This document shows, one piece after another, positions 20,293-30,223 of a DNA stretch of 64,000 nt. The translations under genes were made by a program, and so were the position numbers. The DNA comes from Minisyncoccota bacterium (GTDB taxonomy: Bacteria; Patescibacteriota; Minisyncoccia; Moranbacterales; UBA2206), in the NCBI GenBank assembly GCA_031291955.1, contig JARLIA010000005.1, positions 74,034 to 138,033 of the forward strand, read 5' to 3'. The notes under the pieces are model-generated. The model had not been told where the DNA came from. It was given only the letters and a program-made list of their open reading frames with translations, and made no database searches. How positions within the stretch are numbered: the first letter of the stretch is position 1; the number at the start of each line of letters is the position of its first letter.

Positions 20293-20620
20293 CGTTAGGA
20301 TAGGAAGATGGTTCTTTCAAAACTTGGTGCGTTTCAATTCTTAAATTAAACTTAGCTGTCTCACTAAAGACAATATGTATGGATGTTATTTTTAGCGAGG
20401 CAGTTAAGTTCTCAATATAAATTTTGCTCGCAGGAGCCACTTGAGCGAAGCACTCGTGGCATTTATCCGAAAGGATTTATACCATGCGCTCGGGAAAGGC
20501 CACTTCTGGGAAGCACTCGCGGCGGAAATCTCACCGTGCCCTAAAGGAGAGAAAAATTTATCTCTGCCAAGCCTCCGGGAAAGAAAGACATGTCTTTCTT
20601 TCCCATCCTCATTTTTGTTT
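20293..20620 (+). other. Candidate structured RNA or riboswitch-like leader: promoter, internally repeated ~60-nt unit, GNRA hairpin, terminator hairpin
   Basis: Two copies of GCCACTT..G.GAAGCACTCG.GGC are present. There is a GAAA-tetraloop hairpin ATCCGAAAGGAT. A perfect 14-bp hairpin GGGAAAGAAAGACA/TGTCTTTCTTTCCC with a T-rich tail lies at 20582-20615. No protein homology is evident for ORF 20441-20653. Confidence 0.3.
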
Positions 20621-20677
20621 GATTATACGGAAAAAGCAGTTATGCAGTTATAAAGTTTATTAGGAAAGGAGTTTGCC

Positions 20678-20890
20678 ATGTACGCTGCAAATGCGATGAG
20701 TGAGAGTCTGGTTTTGGCGGCAGTAACACTGGCGCCTCAGCCTGAGATGGCAGCAGTTCAGGGGATGTTCTTGTGTCGCCGCTGCGATGATTGTGGCGTT
20801 AGAGCTGATTTAAAATCAGCGGAGGGCAGCAGAGTAGTTCTTCAATGCCCCCGGTGTCAGAGGGAGTACACCTTTTTCAGTAGGGAGTAA
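20678..20890 (+). CDS. Small zinc-ribbon protein (70 aa)
   Basis: Two CxxC pairs are present (CRRCDDCG...CPRCQ). A good RBS (AGGAAAGGAG) lies 7 nt upstream of the ATG. Confidence 0.45.
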   Translation: MYAANAMSESLVLAAVTLAPQPEMAAVQGMFLCRRCDDCGVRADLKSAEGSRVVLQCPRCQREYTFFSRE

Positions 20891-21027
20891 TAAAAATGAA
20901 AACATTGAGGATTGAGACCGTGCCGGTAATCGGGACTTGTCAAAAGCATTGCTGACGAGTCCCTTTAAATTTGTCTAAAAATAAATACTAATGTAGAATA
21001 TGGCAGTAACTAATAAGAATAAAATAA

Positions 21028-22065
21028 ATGACGAACATGACGAAAAAAATAATCCTCATCGTGGTGATTGTGATTGTCGCGCTGGGGCTGGCGGGGTATA
21101 AATTTGCCAAGCCGGATTTTTCCAAGATTTTTGCCAAAAGCCAGACGACTAAGGTTCTGACGCCAGACCAGGCTAAAGTCAAAGCCCTGGATTATATCGA
21201 CAATAATCTGGTGCAAAAGGGCACAAAAGTAAGCGTGAAAAACATTGCTGAAGCGAACGGTCTTTATAAATTGGACCTGGATGTCAGCGGCCAGACCATT
21301 ACAGCCTATATGACCGAGGACGGTTCGCAGTTTTTTCCGAACGCTATGGACATGAATGCCGCGCCGGCCAAGCCAGCGGCGGCCGATCAGCAGCAAGCCG
21401 CCCAACAGCCGATTCCCAAAACAGACACGCCAAGCGTTCAACTTTTTGTGATGAGCTATTGTCCTTATGGCACGCAGATAGAAAAAGGGATTTTGCCGGC
21501 TCTTTCCGCTTTGGGAAGCAGTGTGAAATTTAATCTTGAATTTGTCGATTATTCCATGCACAACGATGCTTCGACCGGCGATCAGAAAGAACTCAACGAA
21601 AATTTGCGTCAGTATTGCATCCAGAAGCTCCAGCCGGATAAATTGGGAACTTACTTGAATTGCTTTTTGCAAAAAGGCCAGGGCACGGAAAGCGCTTGTA
21701 TGACCCAAGCCGGTGTGGACGCGGCGCCGGTCGCGACTTGTATGACAGCGACCGACAACCAATACAGCGTCAGTAAGAACTTTAAAGATCAAAGCACCTA
21801 CAATGGTCAGTTCCCGACGTTCAAAGTCGACGAAGCGGATAATCAGAAATATAACGTTCAAGGCTCGCCGACTTTGGTGATCAATGGAGTGGTTGATCAG
21901 GCTGGAAACCGTGATTCGGCTTCGCTGCTTAAGGATATTTGTTCAGCTTTCAATACAGCACCGGCCGCTTGCAGTACCGCTAAACTTTCTTCCACCGCGC
22001 CGTCGCCGGGATTCGGCACCGGTACGGACACGAGCGGTTCAAGCGCTAGTTGCGCGACGAAATAG
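21028..22065 (+). CDS. Membrane-anchored thioredoxin-fold (DsbA-like) thiol-disulfide oxidoreductase
   Basis: There is an N-terminal TM helix. The CPYG active-site motif occurs in VMSYCPYGTQ. Further Cys pairs lie downstream. Confidence 0.6.
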   Translation: MTNMTKKIILIVVIVIVALGLAGYKFAKPDFSKIFAKSQTTKVLTPDQAKVKALDYIDNNLVQKGTKVSVKNIAEANGLYKLDLDVSGQTITAYMTEDGSQFFPNAMDMNAAPAKPAAADQQQAAQQPIPKTDTPSVQLFVMSYCPYGTQIEKGILPALSALGSSVKFNLEFVDYSMHNDASTGDQKELNENLRQYCIQKLQPDKLGTYLNCFLQKGQGTESACMTQAGVDAAPVATCMTATDNQYSVSKNFKDQSTYNGQFPTFKVDEADNQKYNVQGSPTLVINGVVDQAGNRDSASLLKDICSAFNTAPAACSTAKLSSTAPSPGFGTGTDTSGSSASCATK

Positions 22066-22103
22066 AGTCGCGAAAGCAGAGCGAATGGTTAGCGAATAAG
22101 AGC

Positions 22104-22150
22104 GAATCCTTAAAGATTCGCTCTTATTATTATTCGCTTTAATTCGCTCA
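22104..22150 (+). terminator. Hairpin terminator after the dsbA-like gene
   Basis: AATAAGAGCGAATC-CTTAAA-GATTCGCTCTTATT. AGCGAAT/ATTCGCT repeats recur around it. Confidence 0.4.
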
Positions 22151-22241
22151 TCATTTGCGATTAGTTATCCACAGCCGGCGCTTGCGATGATATTTAATCA
22201 GTGCTAGAATAACACTGTAATAAACTTAGATAATAAAAAAT

Positions 22242-22919
22242 ATGCAAAACACACAATCGCTTACCGGAAAGCAAAAGAACCTGCTCGAAACGATCCGGGA
22301 ATATGTTGACCAGCGAAATGAAAATCCGACCAGTTATCGCCTGCATAAATACTTGGAAGCGCAGGGCGTGAGAGACAGTTTGAAGTCTGTCATGCAAGTC
22401 ATTGAAGCTTTGGAGAAAAAAGATCTGGTGAAACGTGACGGCGACAAGCGGCTCTATCTCATTGAGAACGGCAATTATGCCAATCTGAAAAACATTTTTT
22501 CCGTGCCGGTCTATGGCTTGGCCTCTTGCGGCGAAGCCTTGGCCTACGCCGAGGACAACGTGGATGGGTTTTTGCAAATCTCCAAAGCCTTGTTTCGCGG
22601 GGCCGACTCGGCCAAACTTTTCGCCGTCAAAACTTTGGGTGATTCGATGGACAAAGATGGCATAAACGATGGCGATTACGTTATCTTTGAAAAATACGAA
22701 TACGACAAAGGAGAGGAGCTGGAAGGGAAAATCGTGGTGGCGGTCATCAATGGAATGGCGACGATCAAGAGATATAAAAAAGTGAGCGACGAAATCATCG
22801 GTCTTTTCCCGCGCTCGAAAAACACCGTCCACCAGCCGATCTTCATCCATTCTTCCGACTCGATCCTGGTCGCCGGGATTTTCCGGAAAGTGCTGCCGGT
22901 GAAATACGTAAGTTTGTAG
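22242..22919 (+). CDS. lexA: LexA repressor (S24 peptidase)
   Basis: An N-terminal winged-helix DNA-binding domain is present. The catalytic Ser lies in GDSM and the catalytic Lys in ATIKRYKK. A cleavage-site-like LASCG is present. Confidence 0.85.
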   Translation: MQNTQSLTGKQKNLLETIREYVDQRNENPTSYRLHKYLEAQGVRDSLKSVMQVIEALEKKDLVKRDGDKRLYLIENGNYANLKNIFSVPVYGLASCGEALAYAEDNVDGFLQISKALFRGADSAKLFAVKTLGDSMDKDGINDGDYVIFEKYEYDKGEELEGKIVVAVINGMATIKRYKKVSDEIIGLFPRSKNTVHQPIFIHSSDSILVAGIFRKVLPVKYVSL

Positions 22920-23014
22920 GCTTGCTTAAAATATTTTTCCGTACTACCCTGTATTAGATAAAAGTAAATACTAAGTACCCGATCTGGGGAAATTTTTGGC
23001 GTTGGGAAATTTTT

Positions 23015-26000
23015 ATGGACAAAATCATCATAAAAGGCGCGCGGGAGCATAATTTGAAGAACGTCGACTTGGAGCTGCCGCGGAATAAATTTATCGTTTT
23101 TACGGGAATTTCTGGGTCAGGGAAGTCGACCATGGCTTTTGATACTATTTTTGCCGAGGGGCAACGGCGCTATCTCGAAAGTCTTTCCAGTTACGCTCGG
23201 CAGTTTTTGGGGCAAATGAATAAGCCTGACGTGGACTATATTGAAGGTCTGTCGCCGGCCATTTCCATCGACCAGAAAGCGGCGTCCCACAATCCGCGTT
23301 CGACGGTTGGAACGGTGACGGAAATCCACGATTATTTGCGATTGCTATATGCCAAGATCGGCCGGCCACATTGTCCGATCTGCTCCCGGGAAATTACGAA
23401 GTTGTCGACAGATGAGATTGTTGATCGGATTTTGGAGATGTGCGCCGCGAAACCTCATCCGCCCCGGAGTACTGGGGCACCTTCTCCTTATAAAGGAGAA
23501 GGAGATAATGGAAGGGGCTGTTCTATCGAAATTCTATCGCCGGTGGTTCGCCAGCGGAAAGGGGAATATTCGACGATGCTGGCTGAGATGTTCCGGCGGG
23601 GGTTTTCCCGCGCTTACGTCAATGGGGAAAAATACGAACTGTCGGCCAAGATCGGAGACGAGTTGGAATTGGCCCGCTACAAAAAACATAATATTGATAT
23701 CGTGGTAGATGAGGTGGAGATATCTAGCGACAACATTTCGCGAATATTTGAAGGAGTGGAAAAGGCGCTGAAGTTGTCGGACGGACTGGTCAAGATAAGA
23801 TCCGAAATCCGAAATACGAAATCCGAAACAATGTCAAAATCAAAAATTAAAAATTCAAAACAAAACAATACGGAAATTGTTTTCAACCAAAAACTTTCTT
23901 GTCCGATCCATGAGATTGAGTTTCCGGAGTTGGAGCCGCGTTTGTTTTCTTTCAACAGTCCGTTTGGCGCTTGTCCGGCTTGCGAAGGATTGGGAACGAA
24001 AAAAGAAATCGACCCGGCGCTGGTGGCGCCGGATAAAAACAAAACGATTGCTGAGGGTGGCATCTTCCCTTGGAGCTACAAACGGAATAACTGGCAAGGG
24101 TCGGTTCTCCGGGCGGTTTGCAATCATTTCCACATCAAAGACAATGTGCGCCTCCGTGACCTTTCGGAAGATGACCTCAACATCTTAATGTTCGGCGGAC
24201 CGGATGCGACCGATATGATAGATAAGGAAGAAGCGGAAGAAATACCCGTCACTTTGAAATCAAAAACCGGTTCAAGCTGGAAATATTACATGACCTGGCG
24301 CGGAGCGGTCGGATATCTTCAAGATCGATATTTCAAGACCGATTCGGATGCGGTGCGGGCGGATATTGAAAAATATATGTCGCAAAATCCGTGTTCGGTC
24401 TGTCACGGCGCGCGTTACAAAAAAGAAGTCTTGCTGGTGACGGTCGGCGAATCCCGCCCGCAACGCTTCGCTAACGCAAGTGTTAGCTTGCGTAGCGATG
24501 CGGGCGGGAAAAATATTGTCGAAGTCTCAAATGTGTCTGTGGCTGAGACGCTTAAATTTTTCGAAAGACTGGAATTGAATAAAAATGAGCAGATCATCGC
24601 CGGGAGAATTTTGAAGGAAATTATTAATCGCCTAGGCTTTTTGGAAAACGTGGGACTGGGATATTTGACTTTGGCCAGATCCGCGGCGACACTAGCCGGC
24701 GGGGAAGCGCAACGGATCCGCTTGGCATCGCAAATCGGTTCGGGTCTCACCGGCGTTTTGTATATTTTGGACGAACCGTCGGTCGGTCTTCACTCGCGCG
24801 ACAACACTAAATTGCTCGAGACGCTTTTTCATCTGCGCGATCTGGGAAACACGCTAATCGTGGTTGAGCACGATGAAGAGACGATGCGGGAGGCCGACTA
24901 TTTGGTTGACATCGGACCGGGAGCGGGAAAATTGGGAGGTAAAATTGTGGCGCATGGCACGCCGGTAGAAGTTATTCGCGATAAAAAATCTTTAACCGCG
25001 GCATATTTGCGGGGTGACGCGAAAATAGAAATGCCGAAATTCCGCCGGCCAGTCAAGAATAAAAAAACGATTGTTGTCCGCGGCGCGCGCGAACACAATT
25101 TGAAAAACATTACCGTCGAGTTTCCTTTAAAAGTTTTGACGTGTGTGACGGGCGTGTCCGGCTCGGGGAAATCCACATTGGTAGAGGACATCCTTTATAA
25201 AGCCTTGGCGTCAAAAATCATGCGGACGCTCGACCGGCCGGGGAAACATTCGGAGATTGTCGGCACGCAATATGTTAACAAAGTGATCATGATCGACCAG
25301 TCGCCGATCGGTCGGACGCCGCGCTCCAATCCGGCGACTTATACCGGGCTCTTTACGCCGATCCGGGAATTATTTTCCCAGACCCGGGACGCCAAATCCA
25401 AGGGTTATGGTCCGGGGCGCTTTTCGTTCAACATCCGGGGCGGACGCTGTGACAACTGCCAAGGCGACGGCCAGCTTAAAATTGAGATGCAGTTCATGCC
25501 GGATGTCTATTTGCCTTGCGATGTCTGTCACGGAAAAAGATACAACAGTGAGACCTTGAAAGTGAAATACAAGGACAAAAACATTTCCGAAGTTTTGGAC
25601 ATGACGGTCAGCGAAGGGCGCGAGTTTTTTGAGAATTTTCCGGCTATTCACGACAAGCTGGCGGTTTTGGAAGACGTCGGCTTGGGCTATATCCAACTCG
25701 GGCAGTCCGCCACCACACTTTCCGGCGGGGAAGCGCAAAGGATAAAACTGGCCACGGAACTGGCAAGGAGGGCGACCGGCGACACTTTGTATATTCTGGA
25801 CGAACCGACGACTGGCCTCCATTTTGACGACATTAAAAAACTTTTGAATGTTTTGAACCGCTTGGTCGATGCCGGCAACACAGTGGTGGTGATCGAACAC
25901 AATTTGGACGTCGTCAAAACCGCCGATTGGATCATTGACTTGGGTCCGGAAGGCGGAGAAGGCGGCGGAAAAATTATCGTTACCGGTCCGCCGGAAGAAG

Positions 26001-26062
26001 TGGCGAAATATCATAAGGAAAGCTGGACGGGAAAGTATCTGAGAGATGTATTGAAAAAGTAG
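23015..26062 (+). CDS. uvrA: Excinuclease ABC subunit A, with two in-frame palindrome-bearing insertions
   Basis: Both ABC modules are present ([18 protein letters not shown]) with LSGGEAQRI signatures and Zn-finger Cys pairs. Length is 1015 aa. Confidence 0.95.
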   Translation: MDKIIIKGAREHNLKNVDLELPRNKFIVFTGISGSGKSTMAFDTIFAEGQRRYLESLSSYARQFLGQMNKPDVDYIEGLSPAISIDQKAASHNPRSTVGTVTEIHDYLRLLYAKIGRPHCPICSREITKLSTDEIVDRILEMCAAKPHPPRSTGAPSPYKGEGDNGRGCSIEILSPVVRQRKGEYSTMLAEMFRRGFSRAYVNGEKYELSAKIGDELELARYKKHNIDIVVDEVEISSDNISRIFEGVEKALKLSDGLVKIRSEIRNTKSETMSKSKIKNSKQNNTEIVFNQKLSCPIHEIEFPELEPRLFSFNSPFGACPACEGLGTKKEIDPALVAPDKNKTIAEGGIFPWSYKRNNWQGSVLRAVCNHFHIKDNVRLRDLSEDDLNILMFGGPDATDMIDKEEAEEIPVTLKSKTGSSWKYYMTWRGAVGYLQDRYFKTDSDAVRADIEKYMSQNPCSVCHGARYKKEVLLVTVGESRPQRFANASVSLRSDAGGKNIVEVSNVSVAETLKFFERLELNKNEQIIAGRILKEIINRLGFLENVGLGYLTLARSAATLAGGEAQRIRLASQIGSGLTGVLYILDEPSVGLHSRDNTKLLETLFHLRDLGNTLIVVEHDEETMREADYLVDIGPGAGKLGGKIVAHGTPVEVIRDKKSLTAAYLRGDAKIEMPKFRRPVKNKKTIVVRGAREHNLKNITVEFPLKVLTCVTGVSGSGKSTLVEDILYKALASKIMRTLDRPGKHSEIVGTQYVNKVIMIDQSPIGRTPRSNPATYTGLFTPIRELFSQTRDAKSKGYGPGRFSFNIRGGRCDNCQGDGQLKIEMQFMPDVYLPCDVCHGKRYNSETLKVKYKDKNISEVLDMTVSEGREFFENFPAIHDKLAVLEDVGLGYIQLGQSATTLSGGEAQRIKLATELARRATGDTLYILDEPTTGLHFDDIKKLLNVLNRLVDAGNTVVVIEHNLDVVKTADWIIDLGPEGGEGGGKIIVTGPPEEVAKYHKESWTGKYLRDVLKK

Positions 26063-26067
26063 AAATT

Positions 26068-27327
26068 ATGACGACCATCCTCCAAAAGCTGAAAAACCTG
26101 CCTCAATCACCGGGGGTGTATATTTTCTATGATAAAAATAGAAATATTTTGTACGTGGGAAAAGCGACGTCGCTTAAAGATAGGGTTGGTTCGTATTTTC
26201 AGAATAAGATTGGGGCGGTGCGGACGATTGAGATGTATATGAATGAAGTGACGGATCTGGAGATCAAGAAAACCGACACGGTTTTGGAAGCGTATATTTT
26301 GGAACAATCTTTGATCAAAAAACTTCAGCCGAAATATAACGCGATGGGGAAAGACGATAAGTCATTTACGTACGTACTTCTTTCTAAGGAAGAATTTCCG
26401 AGATTCGCGGTGGTACGGGAAACTGATTTGGATAGTGTAAAATCATCGCCCCGTGGGGGGCAAAAATCTTTGCCCCCCACGGCGAAGGTTTATGGTCCGT
26501 ATACGTCGAAACGGCAAATTGAGGCGGCCTTGAAAATCTTACGGAAAATTTTTCCCTATCACAACCGGCCGGAACATTCGGAGTCCCGGTGTTTTGATTA
26601 TCATCTTGGGCTTTGCCCCGGACCGTATGACGGGAAGATTTCCAAAAAAGAATACGTCAAAAATATCCGGGCGATAAAAATGATCTTGGAAGGGAAGAAG
26701 AAAGGACTTATAAACCGGATGAAAAAAGAGATGGAAGAATGTTCAGACAAGGCTGAATTTGAAAAGGCGGCGGAGGTGCGGAACAGGATTTTTGCGTTGC
26801 AACACATCCAGGACGTGGCGCTGATATCTGATCATAGAGACGCAATTAATCGCGTCTCTGTGGACGACGCAATGATGCGCATCGAAGGTTATGATATTTC
26901 CAATATTTCCGGGAAATTTGCGACTGGTTCGATGGTGGTGTTTGATAATTCAGACGGTGAAATGCAGCCGAATAAATCGCAATATCGTAAATTCAAAATC
27001 AAAAATGTTGAAGGCGCCAATGACGTGGGGGCAATGGAAGAAATGCTTACCAGGAGATTTCGGAACAATTGGCCGCGGCCGAATTTGATTTTGCTCGACG
27101 GCGGAGCCGGGCATTTGAATATGGCGCGGAAAGTCCTGCGGAATCACAAAATAGAAATTCCCTTGCTGGCGGTGGCCAAAGGGCCGGCGCGGAAAAAACT
27201 GGATCTGCGAAGTTTCGGGACCGTGCCGGAACTGCCAAAAAATATCATCGAACAAGTGAGAAACGAAGCGCATCGCTTCGCGATCAGTTATCATAGGAAA
27301 TTGAGAGGTAAATCGTTCACGGATTAA
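26068..27327 (+). CDS. uvrC: Excinuclease ABC subunit C, short form lacking the C-terminal (HhH)2 domain
   Basis: A GIY-YIG N-terminus is present (PGVYIFYDKNRNILYVGKA). A UVR motif (FEKAAEVRNRIFALQ) follows. The RNase-H-like endonuclease domain is present (ILLDGGAGHL). The protein ends at 419 aa. Confidence 0.8.
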   Translation: MTTILQKLKNLPQSPGVYIFYDKNRNILYVGKATSLKDRVGSYFQNKIGAVRTIEMYMNEVTDLEIKKTDTVLEAYILEQSLIKKLQPKYNAMGKDDKSFTYVLLSKEEFPRFAVVRETDLDSVKSSPRGGQKSLPPTAKVYGPYTSKRQIEAALKILRKIFPYHNRPEHSESRCFDYHLGLCPGPYDGKISKKEYVKNIRAIKMILEGKKKGLINRMKKEMEECSDKAEFEKAAEVRNRIFALQHIQDVALISDHRDAINRVSVDDAMMRIEGYDISNISGKFATGSMVVFDNSDGEMQPNKSQYRKFKIKNVEGANDVGAMEEMLTRRFRNNWPRPNLILLDGGAGHLNMARKVLRNHKIEIPLLAVAKGPARKKLDLRSFGTVPELPKNIIEQVRNEAHRFAISYHRKLRGKSFTD

Positions 27328-27407
27328 GCCTTGAAGTGGCCAATGCTTTGACATCTCTTGCCAAATCCTCTACAATACATCTCTAGTAAGCAATCTTCTT
27401 TCAAACT

Positions 27408-30221
27408 ATGCCCACTCAAAAATCTTCTCCTAAAAATACTTTCTCACTGAAGGATAAAATCGTCATCCGTGGCGCGCGGGTGAATAATTTGAAGAACATC
27501 GACGTGGACATTCCGCGGGATAAATTGGTCGTAGTGACAGGTCTTTCCGGGTCGGGGAAATCTTCTTTGGCTTTTGACGTGGTCTACGCCGAAGGCAATC
27601 GGCGGTATCTGGAAGGCATGTCGAGCTACGCCCGGCAGTTTTTGGATGTTTCGGCTAAACCGGACGTGGACAAAATAGAGAATTTGAGCCCGACCATCTC
27701 AATTGATCAAAAAAGCTTGAGTCGTTCACCTCGCTCGACGGTCGGGACGCTCACGGAAATTTACGATTATTTGCGAGTGCTCTACGCCAAAGTGGGAACG
27801 CCCTATTGTCCTCATTGTCTCTTGCCGATGGGGCGCAAAAAGAACCAGGAAATTTTGGAGGAAATTTTGGTTTTGCCGGAAAATACCCAAGTGGCGGTCC
27901 TGGCTCGGATAAAAAATGAAGGTCAGAGTGTTAAGGATATTCTCAAAAACATCAGTCAGCTTGGTTATGCCCGGGCGCGGGTTGGCGGTAAAATCGTCTT
28001 GATTGCCGACGCCTTGCTTTTTCCGGAAGAAAACTTGAGCGGCAACGTCGAAATCGTGGTTGACCGGATCAATCTCAAGAAAAAAAATCCCGATCACGAA
28101 CGGATGTTGGATTCTATTGAGACTGCTTTTAAATTGGGGAAAGGTTTTATGGCGGTCGCAATCGATAATGGTGAGAGCCGGATTTATAATCAAAATTTTG
28201 TTTGCAGCAACTGCTATTTCAAAATTTCGGAAATCACGCCCAAGAATTTTTCTTTCAACAGTCCCGAAGGCGCCTGCGAACATTGCGCGGGAATGGGTAC
28301 TATCCAGGAAGTGGACGAGGATCTGATCATTCCTAACAGAAATCTCACTTTGGCCGAAGGAGCTATTATGCCGCTCGCCAAGTCCGGCGGCCGGGCTGGG
28401 TATCTCGATACTCTCACCAAGATCGGCGAGAAAGCGGGTTTTTCCGTGAATGAACCGGCGCGGAACATTTCCAAGGAAAATTTGAAAGTTATTTTTCATG
28501 GTTTTGGTGTGCCTGGTACTCCTGGTTATTTTGAGGGAGTGGTGCCGATGATTCGAAAAAAATATACCGAAGCGGCCACTCAGACGGCCCGGACCGACAT
28601 CGAAAAATATATGCTGGAAAAAGATTGTCCCGAGTGTGGAGGCAAGCGTTTGAAAAAAGAATATTTATCCGTCTTGATGAGCGGGAAATCGATCGACGAT
28701 TTGGTCCGGATGGATATCGATACTCTCATTTTATTTTTAGAAAATTTACGGACTGCCGATTTGAGTGCCGCCAAAGCGGAAATCGTGGCGCCATTGGCAA
28801 AAGAAATGATCGCCAAAGCCAAGGCGCTCAAGAACGTCGGCTTGGAATATCTGTCACTTTCCCGCCGGGCCGATTCCATTTCCGGCGGCGAAGGTCAGCG
28901 CATCCGGCTCGCAACTCAAATTGGATCGGAACTTTCCGGTATTATCTATGTTCTGGACGAACCGTCTATCGGTCTCCATTCCCGAGACAATGAAAAGTTG
29001 ATCGACACGATGGAAAAGCTGAAAGAGAACGGCAATTCTCTGATCGTGGTCGAGCATGACAAAGACATTATCGAGTGCGCCGATTGGGTGATCGACATGG
29101 GTCCCGGGGCAGGGGAGTTCGGCGGGGAAGTTATCTTTTCCGGTTCGGTGAAAAAAATGGAGAGCGTCGCGACATCCACTGCCAAGTTCCTTTCCGGCCG
29201 GGAAAAAGTAACGGTTAAGAAGAAACCGCGAACGGCATCGAAGAACTTTTTGGAAATCCTGGGTGCCGCAGAACACAATTTGAAAAATATCGACGTCCGG
29301 ATTCCACTCGGCCGTTTTGTTGCCGTCTCGGGCGTGTCCGGTTCGGGGAAATCCACTTTGGTAACCGACATTCTGGCTCGAGAGCTGGCCCGGCATTTTT
29401 GGAAGGCTAAGAAAAATCCCGGAAAGCATGATAAAATCACTGGTCTTAACCGCTTGGATAAAGTGATTAATATCGATCAATCGCCGATCGGCCGGACGCC
29501 GCGTTCCAATGCCGCCACCTACACCGGTGTCTTTTCACTTATTCGGGAACTTTTCTCCGCCACCGAAGAGGCGAAAAAACGGGGCTACGATGCCAGTCGC
29601 TTCAGTTTTAATGTCCGGGGCGGCCGTTGCGAAGATTGCCAAGGCGACGGAACAAAAAAGATCGAGATGCATCTTTTGCCGGATATGTATGTCAAATGCG
29701 AAACTTGCCAGGGAACGCGCTATAACGCCAAGACGCTTGATATTGAATATCAGGGTGCTACCGTCGCCCAGGTGCTGGATATGAGTGTTTCCTACGCGCT
29801 TCGCTTTTTCCATAAATCGCCGCTTATCGCGGCTAAACTGAAAACGCTGGAAGAAGTCGGCCTGGGCTACATCAAACTGGGACAGAGCGCCACAAATCTT
29901 TCCGGCGGAGAAGCGCAGCGGATAAAATTGGCTACCGAGCTCGCCCGGAAATCGACCGGCAAGACTTTGTATATTTTAGATGAACCGACCATCGGGTTGC
30001 ACTTTGAAGATGTGCGGAAATTGCTTCAGGTGCTGGACGCGCTGGTCGAAAAAGGCAACACTGTTCTTGTGGTGGAACATAATTTGGACGTCATCAAGAA
30101 CGCCGACTGGGTGATTGATCTCGGGCCGGAAGGCGGAAACGGGGGCGGCGAAATTGTTTACGCCGGCGAACCGAAGGGGCTGAAGAAAGCGAAGAGGAGT
30201 TGGACAGGAAAATATCTGTAA
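27408..30221 (+). CDS. uvrA: Excinuclease ABC subunit A paralog (937 aa) without palindromic insertions
   Basis: Full two-module UvrA architecture is present ([18 protein letters not shown], two LSGGE signatures). Confidence 0.9.
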   Translation: MPTQKSSPKNTFSLKDKIVIRGARVNNLKNIDVDIPRDKLVVVTGLSGSGKSSLAFDVVYAEGNRRYLEGMSSYARQFLDVSAKPDVDKIENLSPTISIDQKSLSRSPRSTVGTLTEIYDYLRVLYAKVGTPYCPHCLLPMGRKKNQEILEEILVLPENTQVAVLARIKNEGQSVKDILKNISQLGYARARVGGKIVLIADALLFPEENLSGNVEIVVDRINLKKKNPDHERMLDSIETAFKLGKGFMAVAIDNGESRIYNQNFVCSNCYFKISEITPKNFSFNSPEGACEHCAGMGTIQEVDEDLIIPNRNLTLAEGAIMPLAKSGGRAGYLDTLTKIGEKAGFSVNEPARNISKENLKVIFHGFGVPGTPGYFEGVVPMIRKKYTEAATQTARTDIEKYMLEKDCPECGGKRLKKEYLSVLMSGKSIDDLVRMDIDTLILFLENLRTADLSAAKAEIVAPLAKEMIAKAKALKNVGLEYLSLSRRADSISGGEGQRIRLATQIGSELSGIIYVLDEPSIGLHSRDNEKLIDTMEKLKENGNSLIVVEHDKDIIECADWVIDMGPGAGEFGGEVIFSGSVKKMESVATSTAKFLSGREKVTVKKKPRTASKNFLEILGAAEHNLKNIDVRIPLGRFVAVSGVSGSGKSTLVTDILARELARHFWKAKKNPGKHDKITGLNRLDKVINIDQSPIGRTPRSNAATYTGVFSLIRELFSATEEAKKRGYDASRFSFNVRGGRCEDCQGDGTKKIEMHLLPDMYVKCETCQGTRYNAKTLDIEYQGATVAQVLDMSVSYALRFFHKSPLIAAKLKTLEEVGLGYIKLGQSATNLSGGEAQRIKLATELARKSTGKTLYILDEPTIGLHFEDVRKLLQVLDALVEKGNTVLVVEHNLDVIKNADWVIDLGPEGGNGGGEIVYAGEPKGLKKAKRSWTGKYL

Positions 30222-30223
30222 AA

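Noticed and set aside
20441-20653. A 70-aa plus-strand ORF in the uvrB downstream region
   Set aside because: Its repetitive peptide mirrors a duplicated, hairpin-rich DNA unit. No RBS is evident. The region is better explained as a structured RNA or leader.
21010-21861. A 283-aa minus-strand ORF
   Set aside because: It is antisense to the DsbA-like gene, which has a signal anchor and a CPYG active site. The minus frame is Arg/Phe-rich with no motif.
22100-22241. A canonical SOS box upstream of lexA
   Set aside because: Neither GAAC-N4-GTTC nor CTGT-N8-ACAG is present. Only a weak CAGTG-N9-CACTG repeat and the DnaA-box-like 12-mer were seen, so no operator call was made.
22194-22850. A 218-aa minus-strand ORF
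   Set aside because: It is antisense to lexA, whose GDSM and K motifs and winged-helix domain are intact.
25370-26014. A 214-aa minus-strand ORF inside uvrA. Similar antisense ORFs lie in uvrA2 (27726-28499, 28854-29480).
   Set aside because: They are antisense to ABC-ATPase coding sequence with Walker and signature motifs.
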